The translations under genes and the position numbers were made by a program. Below the pieces are notes generated by a model that searched no databases, was not told where the DNA came from, and was given only the letters and a program-made list of their open reading frames with translations. Shown here in pieces: positions 27,263 to 39,579 of a stretch of 64,000 bases of DNA; position 1 is the stretch's first letter; each line of letters starts with the position of its first letter. This DNA is from Schmidtea nova (lineage: Eukaryota). Where the stretch lies: contig CM097882.1 of NCBI GenBank assembly GCA_044892505.1, positions 216,566,001 to 216,630,000 of the forward strand. The letters are read 5' to 3'.

Positions 27263-27421
27263 CTGCTAAATCTACGAAAGTTAACTTTCCATGTTTTGTA
27301 AAAACTACTGTTTCATCCATTGGATCAGTGAACTCAGTATCTATCATTATCGAAAATATGCAATGGCTTCTGCTAGAAAATTTGTTTGAATTAGTAGAAG
27401 TGAACGAACGGTTTCGCATTC
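27263..27421 (-). CDS. KIF12: KIF12-like kinesin exon (switch I SSRSH, switch II DLAG); not in the ORF track
   Basis: MRNRSFTSTNSNKFSSRSHCIFSIMIDTEF...HGKLTFVDLA(G); cag|G acceptor and G|gtaa donor; phase 1 on both sides matches the neighbouring exons. Confidence 0.9.
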
Positions 27422-28586
27422 CTGATCAAAGAGTGAAAATAAGAAAAATTATTTAATGAATAGATTTATTTAAATTGGAATAAAATCACAGTTTTGATTT
27501 TCTGATTTTTTAAAATTAAGTAATGAGACATTTGATACAATTTTCAATGATAGACGTGCTGTAACTTCATTTTATCCATATTACTAACAAGGACAAATCA
27601 AATTGAATAAAACAATCGTACTGGTGTATAAATCTCTTTGACATCTTACAAACTAGACATATGAGAAATCCATATCATCTAAGTAAACCAAGGCGCAATT
27701 AACAAGACACTTTGAAAAATCAATCTTATAAATAGTAAAAAATGGTAAGTTTTTTATAAATATAATTTTTTTATGAAATAAGCAAATTTTTAGTGAAATT
27801 AGCAATTTTTGTTAAAATTAAATACACGCTTGATAAACTACCTAGGAAACTAAAAAAATTCGATCTATAGTCTTACAAATATTAATATGAAAAATATTGA
27901 ATAAAAACAAGAGATCAAATTGGTTGACATAGCAATATATCATTATTTGAAGCTCCTTCAATTGAAAAAGTTATTCGAAATATATATTTACTCCTGGAAA
28001 CGAATTCCTTAAATTTTAGTATGATGTATGAAATTTGAATATATTGAAAAATTAAAGTCAAGGAAACTTATTTGAATGATTGAAAATTTTAGAATTCTAC
28101 AAACTTTATTGTGGACAAGCCTTTTTTGTATACACGTTTCATTATACAAAAGTAGCATTCGAAATATTACTTTTATATTTAGATTTGATTTCATTGAAGT
28201 TTTTTACAATAAAAATTATTTTATTTTTAATGAATTTCACAGTAAATTTTCCAAATATACTTAGAAAAAATTGTCAATCTAGCAAGTTTACATTAAAATT
28301 ATTCTGCATTTTAGATAATAAAATTAGTATACTGAAAACTCTTAAAAACTCTCGTTTTATTTATAATTAAGTAATTATATTAATATAAAATAATGTTTAT
28401 TTCAATGGAATATTTCGATCTGTAAACAATTCTTAAGAAAGAAAGGAATACAGAAAGAGGTTAAAACTCAATTGGAAATAATTTTGTATTGGAGTTATCA
28501 GGATATTATACAAATCGAAATAATTAATTGAAATAAACAATTTGAAGAAACGCTTACTACTTCTGATTATATTATTAAATTTTAAT

Positions 28587-28809
28587 NNNNNNNNNNNNNN
28601 NNNNNNNNNNNNNNNNNNNNNNNNNNNNNNNNNNNNNNNNNNNNNNNNNNNNNNNNNNNNNNNNNNNNNNNNNNNNNNNNNNNNNNNNNNNNNNNNNNNN
28701 NNNNNNNNNNNNNNNNNNNNNNNNNNNNNNNNNNNNNNNNNNNNNNNNNNNNNNNNNNNNNNNNNNNNNNNNNNNNNNNNNNNNNNNNNNNNNNNNNNNN
28801 NNNNNNNNN
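28587..28809. other. Assembly gap (N); further gaps at 31002-31163, 34834-35133 and 62766-62908
   Basis: Runs of n. Confidence 1.
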
Positions 28810-28855
28810 TAGAAATACCTATTTTGCAACTAGAAAAATATATTTCAATTCTAAC

Positions 28856-28991
28856 CTCTTTGCAAAACTTCCAATAAATCATCTGCAGAATTGCATTCTA
28901 TCAAAAATAGATTGTCAACATAAAATCCTCGTCTTTTTCGCCACCTTATATTGAGAGGATATAATGGTTGAGGGTTTAAAAGATCCTTTAC
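28856..28991 (-). CDS. KIF12: KIF12-like kinesin exon; upstream (P-loop) exons not found, possibly in gaps
   Basis: VKDLLNPQPLYPLNIRWRKRRGFYVDNLFLIECNSADDLLEVLQR(G) matches KIF12-type VRDLL...L.VRW.K.RGFYVE.L; ttacag| acceptor and G|gtta donor. Confidence 0.85.
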
Positions 28992-30340
28992 CTGTAATTT
29001 AACATATATTTGAATTATGTATATATTATTAACCAATTAATATATGACATGATAAGTTTTTATTTCAAGTTTTACTATGTGAGAATAATGATAATAAAAT
29101 ATTATTTCTCGATCTTAGAATTGAAAATAATTATTTCACAATCAAAATTTCTCACATCTGAAGTCATACAGCAAAAATTTATTTTGTTATTTAGTAATTA
29201 TAACATTAGTTGGTTATAAAAGTTAGTTATTCAATAATTATTAATTTTTACTTGGTCTCTGACTTCACGTGTTCAAACTATTTTTATAAAACTCTCATTA
29301 TATATTAGTTTATTATCAATATCACAGTGTGCAAAATCTGATAAAATCAAAATGCAGTTTTACTACAAATTGATGAAAAATTAAATTAAATGAGTGTCGC
29401 AGCCCGAAGGGTAGAACATCAGAAATAAAAGTTGATTACTGGACTAATAAATTAAAGAAACTTAATAACAATTAAATTCTTTATTTATACACTTTATCTT
29501 ATATTTGTACAATAGTTAATATTCAAATTGCGAAGTTTTGCGCGCAATTTCAGATTCAAATACTTCTTTATCTTGTGATCATCAGTTTTAGATTGGACAA
29601 TTTTTTATAGTGTCATTTTTTATTACATTTTTTCACACTATTATTTACATTTTCCAATCTAACGCTTGCACACAAACTATAACCACTTTCTCGGACAATG
29701 GAATACTTGTTTTTTGGCGGAATTCAGGATTTCTAAAACTTTAAAATGTCGCGTTACCTGACAATAATTATTTTCAGTTTCTGTTTTAGTTTTTAAATTT
29801 TAAATTATTTAATTGTACTAATTAATTAGTAATAACCTTAGACTTTATTTTTAGTCAATTGTTTTGTGTTAATTGAATTTTTATCATCTTCCAATTTCTT
29901 TTTTAAAACGTCACTTCTCTTTTATTAATGCCGATGTTTCTATTTATATTCCATTTGTTACCTTAAATTATTCAAATCACTTAAATTATTATTATTATTA
30001 TTATTATTGGTCGCGCCCAGCTGCGGCCATAGTAAAATTAAAATAAAATAAATTTTAAGTTAAAGATTTGATGGGTTTTGAATAGTATTAGGGATTTAGG
30101 AACAAGTGAATTTGTAAAAAAAATAGAAAATTAAAAGAATTTTTAAAATATTGTTAAAAATGTTTCGACAATGAATGTTTTGCTTCGTCAAATCAGTTTA
30201 ATTATTTTGGCGTTATTTTTAGACTTTTGTAGATTTTAAAGTAAAATTGTTTTGAGATGGGAAAATTAAATTTTTAAATTTTGTTTTTGAATTTTAAAGA
30301 ACGTTTGTAATTTTCATACAAATTTAATTCAATTTCTGGT

Positions 30341-30577
30341 AACGCTGTTGGCATAAATTTGGGTACTATCTATTCATGCGTTGGAGTGTTTCAACATTGC
30401 AAAGTTGAAATTATTGCCTACGAACAAGAAAATCGTACAACTCCCAGTTATGTAGCATTTACCAATACAAAGCGATTGATTAGAGATGCTGCAAAATATT
30501 AAGTTGCAATGAACCCAAATAATACAGTTTTCGACGGCAAAAGATTGATCGACCGGAGATTTTATGAACTCTCAGTG
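30341..30577 (+). pseudogene. HSP70: hsp70 N-terminal fragment
   Basis: [69 protein letters not shown] versus canonical [58 protein letters not shown]; in-frame stop at 30500. Confidence 0.93.
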
Positions 30578-30624
30578 AGACTATAGGGATCTTGAAAAAG
30601 TTTAAAGTCACAGGAATAAGATTG

Positions 30625-30870
30625 CTTACTGAAAAGCAACGAAGCCACACCCCTTATCAAATGTGAACCTTCGTATCCGACTTTGTTACAGCTAAAAGTC
30701 GTTTGGTATTTCATTAGTCAATTGCAGAAAGTGAAGAAAGAAAATTATGAAATTGTCGAGTGCAAAGTAATTCACGATATGAGGTCGCCGCCTGTCAAAG
30801 ATTTCGGAATCTGGATCAAATGCCACAGTAGAAGTGGCGTTATCCAACTTGAAGAAAACTACCGCATCTG
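30625..30870 (+). pseudogene. RPL18A: 60S ribosomal protein L18a (eL20) fragment, frameshifted
   Basis: TAKS(R) / WYFISQLQKVKK...EIVECK...VKDFGIWIKCHSRSG versus eL20 VAKSRFWYFVSQLKKMKK..GEIV...VKNFGIWLRYDSRSG. Confidence 0.8.
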
Positions 30871-32289
30871 CATCTACTAAATGCTGTAGCAAGCCCATCT
30901 TGATAGGGGAATATGTTGAAAAGCTTTGTCAATCGCGAGCAGACTTGTCAATGATTTGTTTTAAAGAAAACAGATTCCAAATGTCAAAAGACTATTCTTG
31001 TNNNNNNNNNNNNNNNNNNNNNNNNNNNNNNNNNNNNNNNNNNNNNNNNNNNNNNNNNNNNNNNNNNNNNNNNNNNNNNNNNNNNNNNNNNNNNNNNNNN
31101 NNNNNNNNNNNNNNNNNNNNNNNNNNNNNNNNNNNNNNNNNNNNNNNNNNNNNNNNNNNNNNNTCCTTATTTATTTATTATTAAGTTTTATTTTTCTGTA
31201 TTTTTAAAGGTAAATAATAATCATCATGCCATTGTATATTTTCTTTTGTTTTCCAATTCTATAATTCATGTCGGGTTCATACGTTGGACTCCATATCAAC
31301 CAAAATTACTATATTTCTAAAATTAAAATTAAAATTTAGCAAAAGTAATTTTGTTCATTTAATCACGAAATGCAATGCTTTATTAAAATTTAATATATTT
31401 CATGTATCACTTACAATTAGAAAATTATTTATTTTTTACAACATAATTTTATTTCAAGAATAGCATGCAATATTTTGAAATATTTTTCGAAATATTTAAC
31501 AAAATATTATTTGAATTTTTAAAAAAAACTTTTTAATAGGTAACTTAATAGATTTCACAGCAAGTGTCAAATGAATATTTTGAGGGAAAACGAAAAATGG
31601 TCTAGATCGCAAATAAGAGGGTTGACTATTTTATCTAGTCATAAATAATCATAAAGATAATCAAAAGATATGTACAGTAACAGTAAGAAACTTTTATTAT
31701 ATAATAATTTTAAAATGATTTTTATTTTATTAAAATTAGAAAATATTTTTATTTAAAAAATATTAAAATAAGTTCAGGCTTTATCATAAAGAGAGCTCAG
31801 AGGGCCATGTGAGTTTACCTTCCACGTCTAAATGGGCTTCAACGGTCTCAAAATATACATAATTTTCTCTTCAGATATCAAAGTTAAAACACCGCAAAAA
31901 TGTAAAAAAATTAAAAAATAACAGAATTTTGAAATATTAAAAATGTTTTATCTGATAAATTTGTTATTTTCAATAATATAAATTTATAAATTATGGCAAT
32001 GTTTGGAAGTTTAATGGTTTTCAATCAGCGTTAGAAGAACAGAACTACAGACTCTATCTCAGGTGTATTCAATTGTCGGACTGCGGTTCGATTTTGGGCC
32101 TGGGAATTATTTTTCTGAACTGTGCGATTAGTTTTATATTCCGAAATTATTTAGTATTAAAATATATTGTACTTAATTAGACGATACACGATTTGTGTAG
32201 AGCAGATAAAACAAATATATTTTAATTCATTATTTAACGTTTATATGAAATTAAAATAAAAAATAAAGACATAAATAGAAAAGATGATA

Positions 32290-34500
32290 CCCTCTTTCAT
32301 TTATAAAATGAAACTTAGTGATTGTCTCTCAAGTAAAGATATCCAAATAATACATCAAAGAACGTTAAGAATAATGTTGTAATCATATAAGATACAGAGA
32401 AAGTCCTTAGATATAAAACTATTATCAGTTGGATGAATATTGTTTATCAAAACTAATGAATTTTGTTTGCAAGTTTGTACTGAATGGTGTATTAAAAATT
32501 CAATTTCCATATTAAAAACCAAAAGTGATGTACATATTAAGAAATTAGCTAACTTGAAAAAAATATTTGGGATTTCTAAATTTGCTGTTGATAATATTGT
32601 GCTAAATATGAGTCATATTATGTTATCAGAAGATGAAGAATGTATTTTGAAATATGGTCCTAATCATTGTATTTAAAATTGGATTGATGAAAATAAATTG
32701 CGTGCAGAAATTGAACGTTTGTATTGTCATATATGTATGATAGATAAGGATGCTGATGTTTATAATGTTAGAAGTTTGATTAGTTCGAATACAATCGAAT
32801 ATGTAGATAAAAATAAAAAACAGAAAAATAAGGATTATTTGGTGCTGAAAAATTTAGCCAAAAGAAGATTAATGTATGCAAATTTGATAAAAGAAATGGA
32901 TTGGTGATATGGGACCATGATGTGTATTTAGAAAAATTGAATAATGTACTATTGGGTTCTCAGCTTGAGAAAATAAATAACATTCGGAAGAATGGTAGAT
33001 TATCACCTATAAAGGATGACATCTTATTAAATGATATGCCAAATGGTTTTATTAATAATAAAAGTATTGATGAAGAAGTAGTTAAACTAATTCTTTCAAA
33101 AGGTTCGCAACCAGCAAAATTGTCTAAACTTTCAAATGTTCATAAAAAGGTGTACCTATGAGATGTGTTTTATCTACGGTTGGTACGGCACGATATAAGA
33201 TAGCAAGGTATTTTAATGGATTATTAAAACGTTTTTTGCAATCAAAGTTTTAATGTAAGGATAGTTTTTGCACAGCTGAATAAAAATAATGTGAATGAGT
33301 ATATGGTTTCATTTGATGTATGTAGTTTGTTTAATAATGTCTCATTGGTGTCAACAATTGATTTATGTTATGAATTGTGGAGTAAAAATATATCTGAGCA
33401 TTATCTGTTGGATATTAGTGCATTTTGTAAACTTCTAGAGTTTGTTACTTTGAAAGTTAATTTGCTTTTTAATAATGAATGGTATCAACAAATAGATATA
33501 GCACCAACAATGGCTTCAATATGTTTTAGTAAATTTATAAAAGAAAATTACTTCTTTCCAATTTGAAGAACCAACTTCTAATAAAAAATATGTGGATGAC
33601 ATATTTCTTATATTTAAAAATCAAGATAAGGTGCTACCATCTATTAAATTATATGAATGGTTTACATAAAAACATCGTGTTCACACGTGAAACCGAGAAT
33701 GAATCATCGATAACGTTTTTAGATCTGTTAGTCAAACGCAAAGATGAACAGTATAGAAAACTTATACTGGTCTTTATACTTATCCAGAAAGCTTTTGTGA
33801 ATTTATATATAAGAGAAATATGGAAAAGGATTGATTTATCTATCATGGTGTTTATTCTCTATTTTCAAAAATTCTGTAAAAAGTATAGAAAAACTAGTGT
33901 AACTGTTAATAAAGAATGATTATTCAAAAAGATCTTTGATAATGATGAGAGAAACGGTTGATAAATGTATAAATAATCCTAAGGATCCTTGTAAGCGTGA
34001 ATGTAATAATAGTGATAATTAGGATAATGGAATGAATAGCAGTATATGATCTATCAAACAAGAAAATGCTAAATTCACGATGGCATTGCCGTATTCGGAT
34101 AGGTTTAAAGAGTATAAAAGGAAGATAGGACAGTAATTGAGATTTAAACGTTAGGATTGTCTCCAATTCGTGCAAAGTGAGTAGTATGTTCGGTAATAAG
34201 TTGCAAAATCCGATGGATTGTGTTCAGATCTCGTTTATTAATTTACATGTAATGGGTGTAGTGCCACATACATTAAAGAGACTGACCGTCATCTCTGTAC
34301 TTGAGTTCTTGAACATGGTCCACCGAAGGGAGTGTCCAATATTTGTGATCATAATAAAATCTGTAACAGAAAGATTGACATGTCTAATTTAAAAGTCTTA
34401 TCAAAAAATCTTAATAATCATTAATGAACGCATTATATGTGAAGCATTGTTGATAAGATCTTTAAATCCTAAAATTAATATACAGAATTCTGTGATTACG
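32290..34500 (+). mobile_element. Decayed Penelope-like retroelement (RT + GIY-YIG endonuclease); boundaries approximate
   Basis: MVSFDVCSLFNNV, KYVDDIF, LHKNIVFTRETENESSITFLDLLVKR, and FTCNGCSATYIKETDRHLCT*VLEH; many stops and frameshifts. Confidence 0.85.
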
Positions 34501-36053
34501 TTTATTTTTAATGTTTTTAAATAGTGTGTGTATTCATATTAGTGTTTTGCCGTATTAATTAAATTGAATTAATTAGATTAAAAGATTAAATCAGTTTTAG
34601 TGAAATTTAATAAATAAAATTTTTTAAAAATTAATTTCTTTTAATTTTTTAGAAATTTAAAATAAATATGGTAATAATTAATCATTTTAAAATTAATTTG
34701 TGGTTTGATTCTTAATAAATTAATATTAAATAATATTTAATAAATTTAAAAAAAGTTAACATCTTTATCAAATTATATTTTATAATTTGTTTATTTAACT
34801 TGATTTTAGCATAGTTTTATGGATACCTGGAGANNNNNNNNNNNNNNNNNNNNNNNNNNNNNNNNNNNNNNNNNNNNNNNNNNNNNNNNNNNNNNNNNNN
34901 NNNNNNNNNNNNNNNNNNNNNNNNNNNNNNNNNNNNNNNNNNNNNNNNNNNNNNNNNNNNNNNNNNNNNNNNNNNNNNNNNNNNNNNNNNNNNNNNNNNN
35001 NNNNNNNNNNNNNNNNNNNNNNNNNNNNNNNNNNNNNNNNNNNNNNNNNNNNNNNNNNNNNNNNNNNNNNNNNNNNNNNNNNNNNNNNNNNNNNNNNNNN
35101 NNNNNNNNNNNNNNNNNNNNNNNNNNNNNNNNNTATGTATTGTGTATATCACTGGAGTCACTAATTTAAGGACCATAGTCAGGAGGTCTTATGCTATTTT
35201 TTTGATATTTTTCATATACATACAGAGAAACAAACTAATTGGTGACTCTTCTCTATCTTGTAGGTGTCGATTGTGCTAAATCATGCAGAGAAACAATAAT
35301 TTTAAGATTTTAAATGTGAAAGTTTCTGAGATTTATTTGTAAGTTCTATTCTTTTTACACTTGATTGACTTTCTTTATCTTCACTTCTTTTCAAACTGAT
35401 ATTTGTTTTAATATTAAACAGTAATTTTTGGAACTAGAATTTGAAAAATCTTGAAAAAGCATTATTGAAAATTTGAGTTAAATAAAAGTCAAAGTATTGA
35501 TTTACGATCTAAAAAGTTATGAAGATAAATGAAATTGAAAATAAATTAAAGTTTAAGAAAACTAAAGGTTCTACAAATTTCTATCTCTTCATTAAAAAAT
35601 TCAAATCCCAGAATTCCGAATGACCACTGAAACTAGTGACCTAATAAATAAATTTATTTGATAAAATAATTTTAAAAAATATTTGGATAACTAAGAATTT
35701 TTTCTAAAGAACATTAAAATTATTTTGAAGCAAATAAAATTGAATTGTATCTCACTTGTTCGTTGTATATTTCTAGGTAGCTGGCATAAACTCGATAGGC
35801 GATTTTGTTTTTGAGCAATTCGAACAGATAATAAAAAGAACGTGGACAAATTCCAAAAGAATTTTGATCAGGATGTTGTTTTAATAAAAACTAAAAAAAA
35901 TATTGTTTTTAAATATGCTTGTATAAAAATAATTTTACTTCATTTGGGGGACCTGTCATAGTGTATGTTTTTCCGGATCCGGTTTGTCCATATACCAAGC
36001 ACGTAGAGACATAACTGAGAAATACATGCTTTATATTGTAAATAAAAAAGTTC

Positions 36054-36076
36054 ATATATATATATATATATATAAT

Positions 36077-36134
<58 letters not shown>
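36054..36134. repeat. (TA)n tract, left flank of the LTR element
   Basis: Dinucleotide run with one interruption near 36074. Confidence 0.95.
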
Positions 36135-36138
<4 letters not shown>

Positions 36139-36522
36139 GCTGGTGTGTTGGTTAGATTGACAACTGAGATCCTTATGATTTTATACGTTAGGGTGATCTC
36201 GCCAACATAAAGATATTCCCCCCGCTGACACCCATGATGTATCCCTAACTACTCATCATGTTGGTGCTGTGTCAACGTTGTGAAATGACAAGGCAGGTGA
36301 GCAACCTTACGGCTACTATTCCCTTGTTTATTCACGGGTCCACCACTACCGATAAAAGGTGTCTGTGGCTTTCTTTCGGTCCCACTTATGCTCTTTCCTT
36401 TGCTCTAGGGTAATTTAATCTTAGCGCATCTGCTGTGCTTCATGAATCCGGGCTTTAGTTTTATTCAATTCTCAGACATTCCACAAACAAACAAGACAAG
36501 TCAACTCATTCATTTTATACAT

Positions 36523-37173
36523 TTATTTATAGTTTAACAATACAGAGGGTCTAATTACATTTAGTAGTTCTTGCTCGGAGAGACCACTGAGCAAGTCTAC
36601 CTCTATTCCTACGCGATCTGCATATGCGCGTCTCTCCCTACGTTTTTTCGCTCCCAAGCGATTCCTTCGTTTGGTCCTCTGCGACCCTCGTGGTATGGTC
36701 GTGGTCATCTCGGTTGCCGTGGTTACGGTTATCTCTTAGTCGGTTTGCGTACTCGTCGTTGCTGATGTCGGAGTTAACCATTTGTTGAAGGTACTCGTTC
36801 TAATCACTGGACGCAATTGCTCAACGATGAAATCCTGGGTCGACACCTTTAAATAATTGGCCAACTCTAACTTCAGGGCTGCGACCTCCCTCGCTTGTTC
36901 ATCGATCGTTCGCTCCGCTCTGTATCGGGCCTGTAAGATGGCTTTAACACTCTCAGGATTAAACCACGTTGCCTTAATCCGCTGGTGCTCCTCGTTCAGT
37001 TGTCTCAAGCGACTCTCGAGGACACGAGATCGTGCTCTATGTTCGCGTGCCTCTTGCTTGTACTTTCGAGTGGGATTTTCGTCCATATCTGAGTAATATA
37101 TCATTAACCAGGGTATGTATGCATTGTTGGGTTTCTCAGTCCCTATTTTATTGTTAAACAACTGCACCCTCAT
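36523..37173 (-). CDS. LTR-encoded coiled-coil ORF (145 aa) plus an in-frame basic 61-aa ORF after a single TAA; copy at 58528-59178
   Basis: ORFs 36736-37173 and 36523-36708 are in the same frame, separated by TAA at 36736-36738 inside a Thr-rich run; AATAAA overlaps the final stop. Confidence 0.5.
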
Positions 37174-37281
37174 CCTTACTCATTCCACATACATCCAAAA
37201 CCAAAACAAAACCCTTTTAAATGGATACATATATTTTTAATTCACAACAGATGGTCGCACATTGGAGTGTCGTCCTCGTGA

Positions 37282-37917
37282 TCAATTGTATGGTCGTAAC
37301 TCTTGATCGGCCGGGTTCTCGTCTCGGCGAATTCCTGTTTCATGGTATAGTTCGGGGGCTGGATTCCAACTCAGTTTGTTTTGATAAATGAACACCTCCC
37401 AGAGGTGAAGGTCTTTGGGCTCGGGGTGTTGATCCACGGAAACACTGCCTGGGGCGTTCGGGTAAACGAAGACTTCCCCAGTGTCACCACACCGAGGCCT
37501 GTCTAGCAGCAAATACCCGAGTTGACCGAATGCCTGCCCGGTCATCATTCCGGCGCTGAGTACCCAGCGGGGTTGTTGTGTTTCATCTACAAATTGATAG
37601 AACCATCTTTCGTATCCATCTTTGGTGGGGTTCGGGGAGGGCGTCCATTCGACATCGCCTTCCCACCTCAGCTGTAGTTGGAACGCACAGGCGGGAATAC
37701 TTGCCGCTGTGCTCATATGGGTCCTTGTCCATCGACGCAGGTGTCTACGTGCGGAGTTGAAAATTTGTCGTGGGGCCTCCTTCTCTCCTTGGATCTCAGT
37801 AGGTAATTTTGGGGTGATGACGGAGCGGATGCGCCGTTTCCTCCGTAGAATGTACTCCTCTAATTTGACGGTTAGGCGTCCTACCGGCTCCTTCATGAGA
37901 TATTCTGTTTTCATCAT
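37282..37917 (-). CDS. LTR-encoded 211-aa protein of unknown function; copy at 59287-59922
   Basis: ATG-started, GC-richer than its surroundings, element-sense strand; basic N-terminus and Trp/Gly/Pro-rich globular-looking C-half. Confidence 0.55.
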   Translation of the reverse strand: MMKTEYLMKEPVGRLTVKLEEYILRRKRRIRSVITPKLPTEIQGEKEAPRQIFNSARRHLRRWTRTHMSTAASIPACAFQLQLRWEGDVEWTPSPNPTKDGYERWFYQFVDETQQPRWVLSAGMMTGQAFGQLGYLLLDRPRCGDTGEVFVYPNAPGSVSVDQHPEPKDLHLWEVFIYQNKLSWNPAPELYHETGIRRDENPADQELRPYN

Positions 37918-39579
37918 GTTGCTCTGAAATGGAATTTTAGGTTAACTGACAGACTCTATCATCGACCATCGATATTTATGTCGATCAACCTACTTGGTTT
38001 ATCGTTCTATTAGCCGTAGGCCTTAGTAGCTCGCATATAATTTACTAGACCGTTGGTCGCGATGTTCATGTAGGTGGTGACTTTACTTAGGTGAGTTGAT
38101 TCACTCCGCAATTACAGACGGTTTTAGCTACGCAAATTTTGGCTTGTTATTTACAATCAATTTATGTTACATTTAATTTTTCACCGATCCTTTTCATTCA
38201 CTCAACATAGTTCATTTACAGATCATCATCGGCAACTATCAAGGTTCTCGTCACGGGGAAAATTTAGTCATCCCTTAGTCAACTGCTTTATTGAGGAACA
38301 CACTAATTTTATCTACTATCGGGTCTGACTTTTCATGCCCTTAGTGGGTTATATGTATATATCTGGCAGCTCATTCGATTCACTACTGCCCCTTGGTGTT
38401 AATGTCTTTCGACCGCGATGTTACGTTTTGTCTATCTCGATTCTCATCGACTTTTGATGTACTAGCACTCCTTGAAGGCATACCCCTTCATCAAGGTACC
38501 TCATGCATATATCTCCCCTTGCGAAATGAACTTTACCTTGCGTTGATTTATGGTCATTAACTGTCACTCGATATCCCGTCATCGTGAAGTATAGCGTTTA
38601 TATTAGGCCGTCGCTACCTTGATTTAGTTCATGATCATTAGGTATTACTCGATACCCTATGTGCATCTAATCCCCTCCGCTTACCAAATATTTAGTAAAC
38701 TTATGGTCCCGCCGCATCAGTACCTCACAACCGATAAGGTGTGTTGCGCTGAGAGGCCCCGAGAATCCGTCAGGCTGTTAGGCCTCCGGAAAACCTTATG
38801 GATTTTAATATGATTGTAAACAATTATGAGGGTTTAAATAATTAACAATAAAACTCAACCATACTTGTATTTGGCTTCCAATCGGTTTTACAATGTCTTC
38901 CGTAAAAGTGACTGTTGTACTGATTTACCTTCAGTAAAAATGACATTGTCAAATACTGATTTGACTTCAGTATTTATACTCAACCGGTGTTGTTGGTTAG
39001 CCAATCAGCATCGAGTATGTGTGTATGTTTGCTTCATTATTTTTTGTTGCCGGCTTTTTGGTGCCTAACTCAACTCAATGATTTATTTGGTTAATCATGC
39101 GGTAAGTTTATTTTTTGTATGATTTAATTTTTATTTGATTTTGTTTTAACTCTTCGGTGACATCCGCCCACGCGCTGTCATATTCCGATTTTATTTGCTT
39201 CGCATGAGTGAGTTATGAAGATTTTTGTTGTTTTTATTAATACTCCATTTCTTTTAGATGTTGCCGCCTATTTTATTACACTTTGGTGTTGGTAATTTAT
39301 TTTGTTGTTATTCTGTTGTAAATTTATTTTATTGATTGTATATTATTTTTAGATGCTGCTCGATTTGGCTGGCCCAACATCACTCGGGGTCCCCTAAAAT
39401 TGCGTCCCGCAATTACATACATATACTTACATCAACATACATAAAAAGTTCGTGACAGAACTTACATGCAAAACCACATAAGGTGGTAGCTTTTATACAC
39501 ATTTTTACACATACACATTGTCATTGTCATGTTTATATTGTTACACAGTTCAATGTTTCTGGCTCATAGGGGTCGATTT

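Larger units (their letters stand above)
36138..39379 (-). repeat. 3' LTR (3242 bp)
   Basis: Starts tgctgg, ends ccaaca (imperfect terminal inverted repeat). I found four substitutions versus 58143-61384 by eye (not exhaustive). Confidence 0.95.

Noticed and set aside
28433-35176. ORFs containing long X runs (also 62662-62990)
   Set aside because: They span assembly gaps.
39380-39400. Polypurine tract
   Set aside because: The sequence next to the 3' LTR (aggggaccccgagtga on the minus strand) is only partly purine-rich, so it is not called as a feature.
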